DNA of 64,000 bases from the human T2T-CHM13v2.0 reference genome, Homo sapiens: assembly GCF_009914755.1 (NCBI RefSeq), contig NC_060940.1; one strand, 5' to 3'. The position numbers and the translations under genes were made by a program. The notes under the pieces were generated by a model. The model did no database searches. It saw only the letters and a program-made list of their open reading frames with translations, and was not told where the DNA came from. Shown one piece after another: positions 45,570 through 60,826 of the stretch. Numbering within the stretch: the stretch's first letter is position 1; every line of letters starts with the position of its first letter.

Positions 45570-45996
45570 AAATCGCCAACAGGCCCACGTGGCCATCAGC
45601 TGACAGACAGGTACATCTGCCTGGGGCAATATTATTCATCAATAAAGAGAAATACAGTTCTGACGCACACCACAACACGGCCGAGCCTCGAAACCCTGGT
45701 GCTGAGTGAAAGAAGCCAGACACAAAAGGCCACCTATATTGTCTGAGCCCATTTCTAGGAAACGTCCAGAACAGGCAAACCACAGAGACAGGAGTGGATT
45801 CACGGTTGCCAGGGGCCGGGGGAGAGGGAAAGGGAAATAGAGGAGGTGAAGACAGGGTTTCTTTTTGAGGTGATGAAAATGTTCCAAAATTGACTGTGGT
45901 GACAGTTACACAACTGCGTGAATATAAAAAACCACTGAGTTGTACACTTTAAATGGGTAAATTATATAGTGTGTGAATTATTTCCCAATAAAGCTG
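45570..45996 (+). mobile_element. L1MB/ME 3' fragment
   Basis: gctgagtgaaagaagccagacacaaaaggccac...gtgatgaaaatgttccaaaattgactgtggtg...caataaagctg. Confidence 0.8.
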
Positions 45997-46128
45997 GAAA
46001 GGAAAGAAGGGAAGGAAGGGAGGAAAGAAAAGAGAGAGAGAGAAAGGAACGAAGAAAGGAACAAAGGAAAGAGCTGAGACAAAACCCAACATCACCATTT
46101 CCTAGCTGTGTGACCTAGAAGCAGGTGA

Positions 46129-46488
<360 letters not shown>

Positions 46489-47108
46489 TCAATTAGGCCA
46501 CGCACGTGAACACTTAACACAGTGCCTAGGGGTCGATACACAATCCCCCTTTCTTCACACCACAAGCAGAGAGCAGCGAGAGAGATGAGTGCAGGGACAG
46601 GGAGATGGAGAAGGACGGATCACGTTTATTACTGATAAGGCTAATTGGGGGACATACCTCTAGGTCAGCTGGTTGATGAGTAGCTAACACTTCTCCCCAA
46701 ATTACACAGACCTCCCCACAGTCCAGCAGAGCAGCAAAACCACAGCCTCCTCTGTCTGTCCCTGTACGACCTGTGGTACGGAGGATTGGGAAAGCGCGCC
46801 TCCCTCAACACCAGCTCCATGGATGGGGCCAACTGCAGGGAAGAGCTCTCCAAGGCAGAGAGAATAGGAATGCTGCCCCATTGCAGAGACTTCCACCTCG
46901 GAACACAAGGAGTGGGAACCTATTCTCACTCCAACAACAGCTGATCGTCAGGTTTATGATTATTATAAATGATGAATAATGCAGTCAGTGCCTGGCAGGC
47001 GTAGGCGTGCGGAAGCTTTTTATGAATGTGTTAACACAGTCACACATTTATACATGTGTGTGCATTCGGGGAAAAAAGTGAAAGTGTAGCCACCTGAACA
47101 TAAGAGCA

Positions 47109-47754
47109 GTGCAGAAGAATTGGGAATGGTGAAATTCCAGAAGGTCGTGCAGAAGAATTGGGAATGGTGAAATTCCGGAAGGTCGTGCAGAAGAATTGGG
47201 AATGGTGAAATTCCAGAAGGTCGTGCAGAAGAATTGGGAATGGTGAAATTCCGGAAGGTCGTGCAGAAGAATTGGGAATGGTGAAATTCCGGAAGGTCGT
47301 GCAGAAGAATTGGGAATGGTGAAATTCCGGAAGGTCGTGCAGAAGAATTGGGAATGGTGAAATTCCGGAAGGTCGTGCAGAAGAATTGGGAATGGTGAAA
47401 TTCCGGAAGGTCGTGCAGAAGAATTGGGAATGGTGAAATTCCGGAAGGTCGTGCAGAAGAATTGGGAATGGTGAAATTCCGGAAGGTCGTGCAGAAGAAT
47501 TGGGAATGGTGAAATTCCGGAAGGTCGTGCAGAAGAAGTGGGAATGGTGAAATTCCGGAAGGTCGTGCAGAAGAATTGGGAATGGTGAAATTCCGGAAGG
47601 TCGTGCAGAAGAATTGGGAATGGTGAAATTCCGGAAGGTCGTGCAGAAGAATTGGGAATGGTGAAATTCCGGAAGGTCGTGCAGAAGAATTGGGAATGGT
47701 GAAATTCCGGAAGGTCGTGCAGAAGAATTGGGAATGGTGAAATTCTGGAACGTC
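47109..47754. repeat. 38-bp VNTR, 17 copies (gtgcagaagaattgggaatggtgaaattccggaaggtc)
   Basis: Exact 38-nt period from 47109 to the last start at 47717; only copies 1, 3, 12 and 17 differ. Confidence 0.98.
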
Positions 47755-48453
47755 TGCCTTTTCCTTTTTTCGCTTCTCTGTGTTTTTCAGTTTTGCCTAA
47801 TGAGCATATTTTTTTGTTGTTGTTATTTTTAAGAAACGTTTCCTTGTAGGTTTCGAAGATGTGAAAATACTCTTTACCCTCAAAATGATTTTTAAAAAAA
47901 TCTATTTAGGAGCAAGATACTTTGCAGGGCAAACCATTAGAAAACAGACTCGCACGTGGTTTAGACAAAGTGCACTACGGAAGCGCAGAGAAGGTGAGTC
48001 CTGGGGCAGGGTCACTTCTCAGAGCAGGCCTGTTGGGCCTGGCCACCCAAGCACCACACCTCAAGGGCTCTGTCTTGGTCAGACAACCTTCATGCCCACA
48101 CTTTCCAAGGCCTGTAATGAATCTCAAAGCCAGGCTTCCAACATCTTTGACTGTGATGGCATATTCTGACTTTCAATAGCACTTTTCCATTGGATATCCA
48201 AGTGTCCAAAGTAGATGTTTCCAGCTCTTTCGAGACTTTTCTTGGTCTTCTTGTGTAGTTATATGATTTCTTCTACAATATCAGTGGTCAAGCTTATTGC
48301 TTAATACTGGATGTCATGGCAACTACTGCAGGGGCTGGAAGCCTGGAAACTACATTTCCCAGAATCCCTTGCCATTCAGATGGTTCTAGATTAGACTTCG
48401 CCATTGAGAGCCTCCCATACAAGATTTGGGAAGTGGGAGAAAGGCTGAAGCCT

Positions 48454-48599
48454 GGCTGGGCATGGTGGCTCACACCTATACTCCCAGCACTTTGGGAGGC
48501 CAAGGAAGAAGGATAGCTTGAGCCCAGGATCAGAGGCCAGCCTGAGGCAACATAGTGAGACCTCCTCTGTCTCTAAAAAAAAAAAAAAAGAAAAGAAAA
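48454..48599 (+). mobile_element. FLAM_C-like monomer
   Basis: Single monomer plus A tail; TSD gaaaggctgaagcc. Confidence 0.88.
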
Positions 48600-48837
48600 G
48601 AAAGGCTGAAGCCATTGCTCCCTGGCACTGCACTAGCAGATGAACTTGTGAGCTTTGGCAGCCTGGGGGTCCCGCCAGCCACCCACCTCAGTGCTGCAGG
48701 CAGCTGGTACCATCCGCAGCAGTTCCTGTGGTCCTGCAGTACCCTGGTTTGTCAAACTTTCATGTTACCCTTGAGCACGAGTGACAGCTTTCCCTGGTCC
48801 TTACTCCTCTAGCTCGTCAACAGTCTTGAAAGCCCCT

Positions 48838-49158
48838 GGGTGGGGTGCGATGGCTCACACCAGTAATCCCAGCACTTTGGGAGGTTGAGGCAGGCAGAAC
48901 ACGAGGTCAGGAGTTTGAGACCATCCTGACTAAACATGGTGAAACCCCGTCTCTACTAAAAATACAAAAATTAGCCAGGCGTGGTGGCGTGCGCTTGTAA
49001 TCTCAGCTACTCAGGAGTCTGAGGCAGGAGAATCGCTTGAACCCAGGAGGCGGAGGTTGCAATGAGCCGAGATCACACCACTGCACTCCAGCCTGGGCAA
49101 CAGAGTGAGACTCTGTCTCAAAAAAAAAAAAAAAAAGAAAGAAAGAAAAAGAAAAAAA
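48838..49158 (+). mobile_element. Alu (AluSg/Sc-like)
   Basis: Dimeric Alu with A tail. Confidence 0.93.
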
Positions 49159-49605
49159 CCCTGATGCCCTGTATTAAATCCCCTCTTCTTCTGCATGATG
49201 CAAGAACTTTTCTGTTAGATTCATAGATAACAGAAGCTCCCACTGACCAGCACCTCCACCTTCCAGAACAGTGCTAAACATTTCACTGGCATTTTGTCAC
49301 AGTATGAGATAGCTATGACCATTATCATTTCTAATTTTGCTGTGTCCGAGTTCAGGGGGAAAATAAGAGGCACATCTGGGATTTAAATTCAGATCTATCT
49401 TCCTCCCAGGCCAGCACTCTTCTTAACACTTCATTGAAGCGCTCCCACTTTCTCCTGGTGAGACCTCTGCCAGTGTTGTCTGTGCACCCCAGCTTTTTAA
49501 TGTGCAAACCCAGAAAACGTGGATGCCCCTAGAAGATTCCCTGGAGACACATCATTAGATGCAAGGTAGGGTTCCAGAAGACCTGGAGAAAGATTACTCA
49601 TCTTT

Positions 49606-49921
49606 CATTTGTTTTGTTTTGAGACAGAGTCTCACTCTGTCACCCAGGCTGGAGTGCAGTGATACAATCATGGCTCACTGCAGCCTCAACCTCCCCAGGC
49701 TGAGGTGACACCCCATTTCCACCTCCTGAGTAGCTGGGACCATAGACATGTCCCACCACCACGTCTGGTTAATTTTTGCTTTTTTTTTTTTTTTCCTTTT
49801 TGGTAGAGATGAGGTTTTGCCGTGTTGCCCAAGCAGGTCTTGAATTCCTGGGCTCAAGTGATTCACCCACCACAGCCTCCCAGAGTGCTGGGATTACAGG
49901 TGTGAGCCACTGTGCCTGGTC
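49606..49921 (-). mobile_element. AluJ
   Basis: atcatggctcactgcagcctcaacctcc AluJ feature. Confidence 0.9.
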
Positions 49922-51233
49922 TCTTCACTTGTTTAATCGCCATCTCCTTCCTTCTCTCCTGATCTAAAGAAAGGCCAGTTGACTAAGTGCAGTGTCCAGT
50001 CTCGCTGGTTTTTAAGATAAACCCAGAGGGTAGACATTGTCTACTGACATAGACACTTATTTCCAAGGAAGCTTGAGAATACTAGAATAGGGAATTCCTG
50101 GCTGATTTTTAAGACTTTAATCCCAAGTGGGCAATTCTCGGGGTCCCTTGGGACTCTAATGCCATCTCTACAAGGAGAAAACACTGACAGGCTTGTCGAT
50201 TTCAAGAGGATGTTGGTGACATTGGCAGCCTGAAGTGCAGCACAAGCTGCATTTGGAATCCAGTTCAGGGGAGAGGCCAAAGGCCCCTGAACCCACTAGG
50301 GCGTCCGCTTGTCCTTTTCTCCTCTGATTCTTCGACCTCTTCCACTTCGGGAAGGAAGCAACCGATTCAAGAAATGAGACTAAAGTCATTTGGGGTTTAG
50401 GATTATTTTTTTTGAATTTGGTGGAAAATGTGTATATATTTACTTTGGGTCCATTCGAGCTTTGAAACCTTAATGTCTAAATTGCCAGGATTACACAAAT
50501 TCCCTTTCAAAATCATTGTCACTTAAAATAAAAAGTCTGTCCCGTGGCTTGGAACTGTCTCCCCACTCTGTAAACTGATATCAACACTTCGCCCTTGAGG
50601 CTTTTCTTTCCTAATCTAAGCAGATGTGCCCGTTATGTTCCTCTGACTTTGGAGACGCCCAGGAGAGACCTGCTTCCCTTTCACCATGAGAGCTTCTGCC
50701 CACGGTGTGCCACAGCCTGACCAGCTCTGGATCCCGTCTTCATGGAAATGGTTCAGGGAACGCTGGAACTGCATGATTTATGATGCTAAACATTTCCCCT
50801 CCGTAAAAAAAAATAAATAGATAAGTAAATTGTGGTACAGTAAGGTTTGCAGCGCCAAGCAGGTGGTTTTGAGCAGGGAGGATTCACATCCCAGGGCCAG
50901 CCGGGGAGGGTGCCAAGTGGCCCTGGTTTCAAATGTCTTCAGAGTTTTCCGAAGTGAGAACAGAGCAAAGTTTTGAAAGTTCCCTGAAGAGTCCAAAATA
51001 CTGGCTGATCACATCCTAACTGGAGGCTCTCTAAGCCAACAACAGCCTGCACATGGGGTGCCCAGAGCCATAAACAGTCCGCGTTGGGCCACGCCAGCAA
51101 GGGGTGGGGTCAGTATGCAGGCTTTGGGCTCCCCAGCTGCACCCCACATCAGCCGGAGCAGCTCCGCAGCGGTCTGTTTAGTTCTTCACTGGGTTTAGTC
51201 GGAGAAAGTTATCTGGACAAAGAAAAAGTTTAA

Positions 51234-51561
<328 letters not shown>

Positions 51562-51689
51562 ACATTCTCAGTTTTGAGATGAATAAAATAAGATTTAGAG
51601 AGAAGAAATGACTCACCTTAGGTGAAAGCATTAAACTCACAGGTCCTCAGGCCTGGAATGAAAATATTACTTGTTCTATGTTATGATGC

Positions 51690-52050
51690 CTACAGCAGAC
51701 CCAGCAGGTCAGTCACCAGGTTTTTTCCTCTTCTCCTCAACACACAATGAGACAACTTTCCAGCTGTGGTTAGGTGTGGTCACATGATCAGATTCTATCC
51801 CATAAGGATACCCTCTGTTAGCTCTTCCCTTGTCTGTGGGACAGATCAGTGGATGCAGTGAAAGATGAGGAGACTACAGGAAGAAGCTGAGTCCCTGAAT
51901 GACTGTGTGGAGCAGACACCCAGGAGAGCCACCCAACTGAGAAGCAAGAACACTGGAGGGCAGCAAGAGTGAGAAATAAACTTACGAATTAAGCCATTGC
52001 AATGTTGGTTGTTTACTACAGTAGTTGGCCTACCATGGCTAATTCAATAC
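51690..52050 (+). mobile_element. MLT1J-like LTR
   Basis: gctgagtccctgaatgactgtgtggagcag...gtgagaaataaactt...ttaagccattg...ctaattcaataca-like end. Confidence 0.65.
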
Positions 52051-52485
52051 TGTTTAAGAAAAACAGCCACTATTTTATGTGTTTCATTTTGGCTTTCTGC
52101 TCACCCAGAATCCATCTCTCTTTTGTTGACCACTCTTCTATTTTCCTCCTCCCTCATTAGTGAATCCTACTGTCAGTCAAGGTGCTCCACCCTCCATAAG
52201 CCTGGGGGTGGGCAAAAGATCCAAACTAAGCCTATCAGGCTGTGTCCTGGGACTTTGGATCCTGAGTAGCGTGAATGAAGAAGAGAAATGGTCGCAGCTG
52301 ATTCATCTCATTAATGGATCCTGTTCCCTGGTTCCCAAGTCATAACAGCATTCCAGTTCCAGTCTTTCCCAGGACCTGATTGTTAAGCTTTTCTTCTGTG
52401 TTCCCACCTTATTCCTCCAAGTAACTTCCCTTTGTTCACTCCCCACTTTTTTTCCTCATGTTGGCCAAGCCCATTTCTATTTCTT

Positions 52486-52509
52486 ACACACACACACACA
52501 CACACACAC
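52486..52509. repeat. (AC)12 microsatellite
   Basis: Perfect dinucleotide run. Confidence 0.95.
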
Positions 52510-52750
52510 TATAAAGATGAAATAATATCAAGACTGCCGACCATGGGATGACGTCATATCATACTTAACAGTGTCAGCAAATAGCACCTTATTTAAACCT
52601 TACACTGACCCTACCAAGCAAATAACATCTTAAAGTGGTTAAGACTGTCACGTGCCCAAGACCACAGAGCTCCTAGGTGGGCAGCTGGGATCAGATTTAG
52701 AAGGTCTGTGTTCAATACCAGTATTCTTTCTTCTATAATGGTTGCCTTTA

Positions 52751-53159
<409 letters not shown>

Positions 53160-53371
53160 CTTACCTGAGTATTACTGCAGAATTTGTCTATATGTATACC
53201 AGCATCAAGATTCTTTTTTAAAAAAATCTAGATAAATGGGCCTAAATGCAGTCTTTATTCTGCCTCATTCTTTCAAACCTTGTACCTTAGAGATCATGCT
53301 GCCTGTGCACACAGAGACCGCCCTTGATTTCTAATGGCTACCTATTCTTGCATTACAGGTATGTGCCCTGA

Positions 53372-53751
<380 letters not shown>

Positions 53752-54869
53752 AGCATCTCAGTGTTCAATTCACTTCATATATTCATTCATTAAATTTTAC
53801 ATGAAATATATTCATTTGAATATTTCAAATTAAATGACCGTTGCAATATGCCTGTGCCTTTGGTACATTTGTAAGTTAATTAGCACCATGGATTCCTAGA
53901 GGTAAAACTGCCAGATGAAGAGGTGCATGAATTTTAAATTTTGAAACATGATCGACTTGTTCCCCTCAGAGCCTACCCAGTTCACACTTTACTCAAACAC
54001 ATCTGGAGGAAGTTTACGCTGCATCAACATGAGAGATGGCATCATGGGCAATTGTTGATTCGGGATTGCTGGCTTCTACAGCCCGGGCACGGGATCCCTG
54101 CCATTTGCCCACGAAATGCCAAGATTGCAGCATTTGACCTTTTAGACAATAGCCAAAAGGCATTTTCTCTCAATCAATAAAACACATGAACCCAAGTAAA
54201 CAAGGTCCCCCCTCCCATCGGGAAAGGGAGGGTTTGGTGCATCCCCCACCAGCTCCGCATGGCGGAGAGTTCTCAGCTGAACACACAGGAGCTTCAGAGC
54301 GCTTTGCTGGTTTGGATTACTAGAAAAATGACGTGAGACTGTAAATAGGCCGTGCGGCTACAAGAGCTGGCCACGTGATGCTTTTACTGGCTTCACAAGC
54401 AATGAATGTCGACATCAATTTAATTATTTGCTGCTTCCCTGCCTGCCATCTTCCCGCAGAGGAAGGGCTATCACAGAGTGTCCTCACCTGGGCTGCAGCC
54501 CTCCGAGGGCCCTAAGTGTTGCAAGAGATGCTATCCTCAGACAGAGGGTCTGAATGCTGAACTTCCAGCCGGAGAAAGAGGTAGTAGGGGTAACTCGCTG
54601 TTCCCTTGGTTACCAACCCCCCCACCCACCACTATGAACCTGCCTCAGAATTCAAAGCACGTTACACTAAAGTGACTGGGTGGACCCAGCACATATAGCT
54701 GCTTTCTCGTTTTCATCTTATAATGATTCTGGGCAATGGCCATCTTTGACCTCCCTGAGCCCCATATTTCCCATCTGTCAAAGGACCTGGCACCCAGGGG
54801 TCAGTAGGGGAGCCAGGAGCTAGAATGGGGTGCCCTGAGTGCAAGGGCAGCTGTCACATGACTCTCAGC

Positions 54870-55450
54870 AGCCTCAGACTCAAAGTCTTGAAAACAGGCT
54901 GCAAGTTCCTCAGCAAGATGCCCTTTGATGGTGCTCTGATCTCATCTCCTGCTACAGCTGTGCCCCCGAGACACTCTCAGCCATACTGGCCTCCTTGCAG
55001 CCCATGGGATTTTCCAGGTCTGTTCCTACCCCAGGGCCTTTGCACTGTCTGCTCACCCAGTGGAACTCTTACCCCACGTTTCCACATGGCTCCCTGTCTA
55101 ACTTCTTTAAATATTTTTCTCAAATGCCACCTTCTCCGAGAAGCCTTTGGGCCAACCATCCTATTTAAAGTTGTAAGGCCACCCTCACCTCCCGCCCTCC
55201 ACCGCAAACTCTCTCTCTCACTTCCATGCATTCTTTTTGGCTCCATGTCACCAGCAGACAAACATCACATTTACTTTTTAAAGATTATTACCTATCTACC
55301 TATCCCCTAGAATGTAACCTCCATGGAGGGAGGATTTGTTTCTATAGTCCTGTTTTAGTTTGGTTTTCATCTTCTCTACTGTATCCCCAGAGCCTAGAGC
55401 AGGGCCTGGCTCTGAGTCGGTGCCAGGGAACTGTTGGAAGGTGAGTGAAC
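54870..55450 (+). mobile_element. L2 LINE 3' fragment
   Basis: ccagggcctttgcactgtctg...ctcaaatgccacctt...ctagaatgtaacctccatggagggagg...gtatccccagagcctagagcagggcctgg. Confidence 0.8.
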
Positions 55451-55489
55451 CAAGACAACATGATGTGGCTGAGACACTGTGATGCATTC

Positions 55490-55872
55490 ATCGACCCTGG
55501 TCCCCTTCCTGGACACACAGGAAAATGGCATTTCTCAGGCTCTTTTGTAGCTAAGTGGGTGCCGTGAGACTGATTTCTGACCAATGGGGTGCTAGTGGAA
55601 GTGTTCGAGGCCCCTCCCAGGCCCAGTGTAGGAAACATCCTGCAGGACCCCCTAGTCTCTCTTTCACTTTGTCAGTCACTATGGAGGCTGCATGGTGGGG
55701 GATGGGGGGCCATGGATGAAAACAGTCTGGATCCCTGAGTCTCAACATGGAGGCAGCAACCTGGAGAGCCACTCACCTGAACTGGGCTTTGTACAAGACA
55801 GAAGTGAACCTTTACGGCATGAAGCTGTTGAGATTTCAGGACGTATTTGTTACTGCAGCAAAAATTAACATA
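55490..55872 (+). mobile_element. MLT1 (J/K-like) LTR
   Basis: catttctcaggctcttttgtagctaag...ttctgaccaatgg...tgaagctgttgagatttcagg..atttgttactgcagca. Confidence 0.6.
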
Positions 55873-56296
55873 GATGGAAAAATACTGGACTACAACTCAG
55901 GAAGCCCCAGTGATAAATACAGTCACTACAAAATAGCGTATTTGTTCCTTAAAATCACTGCACTATGTGCAAGACTGCACATCAAAGTCACAGGGCTTAT
56001 GGAGAAAGTGGGATTAGGAGAACAGCAATCAGAAACTGTAACAGCGACACGTCACATTACAAACGATAGGAATCTAATTAAATTGGTACCAATAGTTACA
56101 CAATACATAAAGACCACAACAGATACAATGTTTCACCTTGAAAAAGGCAAAGTTTGCTGGGGAAGGGGGGTCAGGAAGGGCTGCAGTTTTTGAGTTATTA
56201 TGAGTGGCAGAAGGAGAGTTGTATGAAATAGAAAGCTGTAACTCCGATGAGGATAGGTGTGGCCGTAACACTTGAGGTGCACTGGATGGCCAGTAG

Positions 56297-56632
56297 GTGT
56301 GTGTATGCATGTGTATGTGTGTGTTCATGCATGTGTGTGTGTGCAAGTGTGTGTGCATGTGTGTATGTGTGCATGTTCATTCATATGTGTACGTGTGTGT
56401 TCATGTATGAGCATGTGTGTGCATGCATTGTGTGCATGTGTGCGTAAGTGTGCGTGTTTGTGCACGTGTGTGCACTGTGTGCGTGAGCATATATGTGCAT
56501 GTTTGTGCGTGTGTGTCTGTCCATCTGTGTGCATGTGCATACGTTTACATGTCTGTGTGGATGCGTATGTGCGTGTGTGTGTTCATGCATGTGTGCATGT
56601 GTGTGTGTCTGCATGTCCTGCGTGTTCCTATG
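56297..56632. repeat. Degenerate (TG/CA)n alternating purine-pyrimidine tract
   Basis: gtgtgtatgcatgtgtatgtgtg... about 335 bp. Confidence 0.95.
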
Positions 56633-57304
56633 TGGCCTGGCTCAGCTGAGTGCAGTCATCTGTGTCCACCCAGTGTTTCTCGCCAACAAAATCATGTATA
56701 AGCCAGCTGAAATCCACATGATGTTCAAATTGTTCCCTAAAATATCAATCATATTGGAACAAATTCATGTTTTTAGATAAGCATCCTAGCAGAACTGACT
56801 GTGATAGGGAGATTGTGGAATTCCTAAACTCTCAAACTCAGGGAGGGCCCAGATTCACATTTGTAGCCAGCACCAGGAACTGCACAGCTGATGGTCTGTA
56901 AAGCCTCCCCAGGGAAGATGGCACTGGAGAACATGGGGACCACGTCTGTCCCCATCACCACCTTAGCTCTGCACCTGGCCAGTGAGAACACCCAACAAAT
57001 AGCCATGGAATGGAGGAAAAGAAGGATGTGTTTACTTTGATTCAGACCATGTTTGTTGAATGAATGGAATGAGTGGATCCAATAACACGGCATTGTCTAC
57101 CATCTTACACGAGGACACTGAGGCTTAGGAATTTAGAATAGGTCTCAATCCTAGGCCTGTCTGGTTCCAAGAGCTGGGTTTTGAACACCTACACGGCAGG
57201 GCCACTCTGAATTCTGAGCAAATTCTACATCAACCTGCAGGGTCTTTGAACCAGGGACTTCATCCTTCTACCCTCAGATTCCTCACAGAAAGTCATGCCA
57301 GCGC

Positions 57305-58004
<700 letters not shown>

Positions 58005-59149
58005 TTATCTGAGTGAATCACTGAGCATGCATTCAGCTCTCCATGCCACCCCAGGCACTGTGCCCATATCTGGGGGCAGCCATCCTCCCAGCCCACCCTC
58101 CAGGGCCCCCTTGTCGGCCCACGCCCTCCATGGGCTGAGAAGTGCAGAGGCGAAACCCTCCCTTTCCCCTTCCTCTTGGGACGCCTCGATAGCCTGTCTG
58201 TCTGGGCCGCCGTGGGCTGGAGGGAAGGCCACGGGTGTGACCTACTGAGTCAAGTGCAGGCTGCCCAGACTAAACATCCTTAATTAAGCTCCACAAAGGT
58301 TAAATGGCAATTACACTGCCTGAGGAGGCCTGCGTTCAACAGAGTGGCCCTTTTACCCTCAGGATCATAGGGAATGCCCCTCAAGAAAGGAGCCCCTCTT
58401 CCCCAAGGGGGGTTGCTGAGAACTGCCCACCCCTCCCCCCGCAGGTGGAAACTCGGGTTTGCTGTGGTGGGTCCCATCCATGGCTTCCTGGTAAAGGGTC
58501 GAGTCCCCGGTACATGGAGTGTCGCCAGCACTAATCCTCAGGGTGGCATTCACTAACCTTTCAGGCCACATGCCTTGAGGGTCTAAGGATTGAGTGTGAC
58601 ACCATGAACTCAGCCTTCTCTTCCTGGCACCCCCTTGGGATCCTTTCAGCTCTTCCTTCAGAATAGATGCTGAAGCCGGGCACTTCACATGGCCCCCAAC
58701 ACTGTCTCTCCCCTCCCAGGGCAGCAGCCTGGTCCCCAACACACCAGGGCATCCCTTGTGCTATAGGGCAGCCCCCGCCCTCCATGCTCAGCACCCTGAA
58801 GCAACCCATATCTGGGGGCCACAGCACAGTCGCAAGGTCCTTCACCCGGCCCCATCCCCTGCCTCCACCTGGAAGTGCCTGTCCCCATGGCCTCCTTACT
58901 GGCCCAGCCCCGCCCACCTCCTGGCCTTTGCAGTCCTGCTTCCTCTGCCTGGGCTGCTCTTCCCTGAGACAACAGCGCAGCTCCATCTCTCACTTGCTCC
59001 AGGTCACAAACCATCATCCCAGAGCTTTCCTAAACCCACTCCCTAAACCGTGGCACCCACCCTACCGCCCTCTTCAGCCTGGCCCTTCTTGAATGTCCTA
59101 TTTTCTACTTAAGCTAAGGAAAAAAATGCAATTCAAAGGTGGGGAAGTG

Positions 59150-59455
<306 letters not shown>

Positions 59456-59594
59456 GGGGAAGATTTTTAAACATTGAAAGGGCATAAAATTCCAAATAAA
59501 GGCAAGTCCATTAAAAATAATAATAATACGCTCTTGATCCTACTTTTGTGAGTACGATTTTTTGGAATCAGGCGTATGCCAGAATGGGTGGACA

Positions 59595-59880
59595 CCAGTG
59601 GGATTCTCCTGGTCTGTGTTCCTCCCAGGCAGAGGTGAGATGAGGCCTTGGGAGGAAGTGGCTGGGGAGGCTGGTGGCCCCAGCAAGCACGAGGGAGGAG
59701 CAAGGAGACTGAGGCAGAGAAAAGAGGCCAGCCTGTGGGGTGCATTAAAGGCAAGCCCAGGGGCACACCAGACATCAGACCTACTGGGGGCCTCTGAGGG
59801 GCATGTGGAACATGCTCCCGAATCACCCACTGCCTTCCCCGGAAACCTACAGAGCTGCAGGGACCTGGGCAACCCAGGGA
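59595..59880 (-). mobile_element. LTR16-like fragment
   Basis: gtgttcctcccaggcagag.tgagatgagg...ccccagcaagcac...gaggcagagaaaagaggcc. Confidence 0.4.
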
Positions 59881-59992
59881 TGCAGGACAGGCATGGGCAG
59901 CGTCCAGCCCCGGTCAGGACACTTTTGTGGTGAATTCTTCCACTTCTTGATAATCATTCTCAAAGACACATTTTGTTTGCAGAAGCAGGTGA

Positions 59993-60316
59993 TTTTATTT
60001 TATTTATTTTTTATTTATTTATGTTTTTATTTTTTTGAGGCCGAGTGTCGCCTGCTGCCCAGGCTGGAGTGTAGTGGCAGGATCTTGGCTCACTGCAACT
60101 TCCACCTCCTGGGTTCAAGTGATTCTCCTGCCTCAGCCTCCTGAGTAGCTGGGATTACAGGCACCCACCACCATGCCCAACTAATTTTTGTATTTTTAGT
60201 AGAGACAGGGTTTCACCATGTTGTCCAGGCTGGTCTCAAACTCCTGGGCTCAAGTGATCTGCCACCTCGGCCTCCCAAAGTGCTGGGATTACAGGTGTGA
60301 GCCACCCCACCAGGCC
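59993..60316 (-). mobile_element. Alu (AluS)
   Basis: (TTTA)n tail; TSD aggtgatttta. Confidence 0.93.
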
Positions 60317-60344
60317 AGAAAAAGGTGATTTTAAAGACTCTTAA

Positions 60345-60826
<482 letters not shown>

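Larger units (their letters stand above)
48310..49220 (+). mobile_element. LTR33-like LTR interrupted by a FLAM and an Alu
   Basis: ggaaactacatttcccagaatcccttgcc ... ccctgtattaaatcccct. Confidence 0.55.

Noticed and set aside
47109-47754. CRISPR-like array (38-bp repeats with an internal palindrome)
   Set aside because: Units are directly head-to-tail with no unique spacers, there are no cas genes, and the context is primate genomic DNA; it is a VNTR
56074-56780. Overlapping Cys/Val/His ORFs
   Set aside because: Artefacts of the TG repeat
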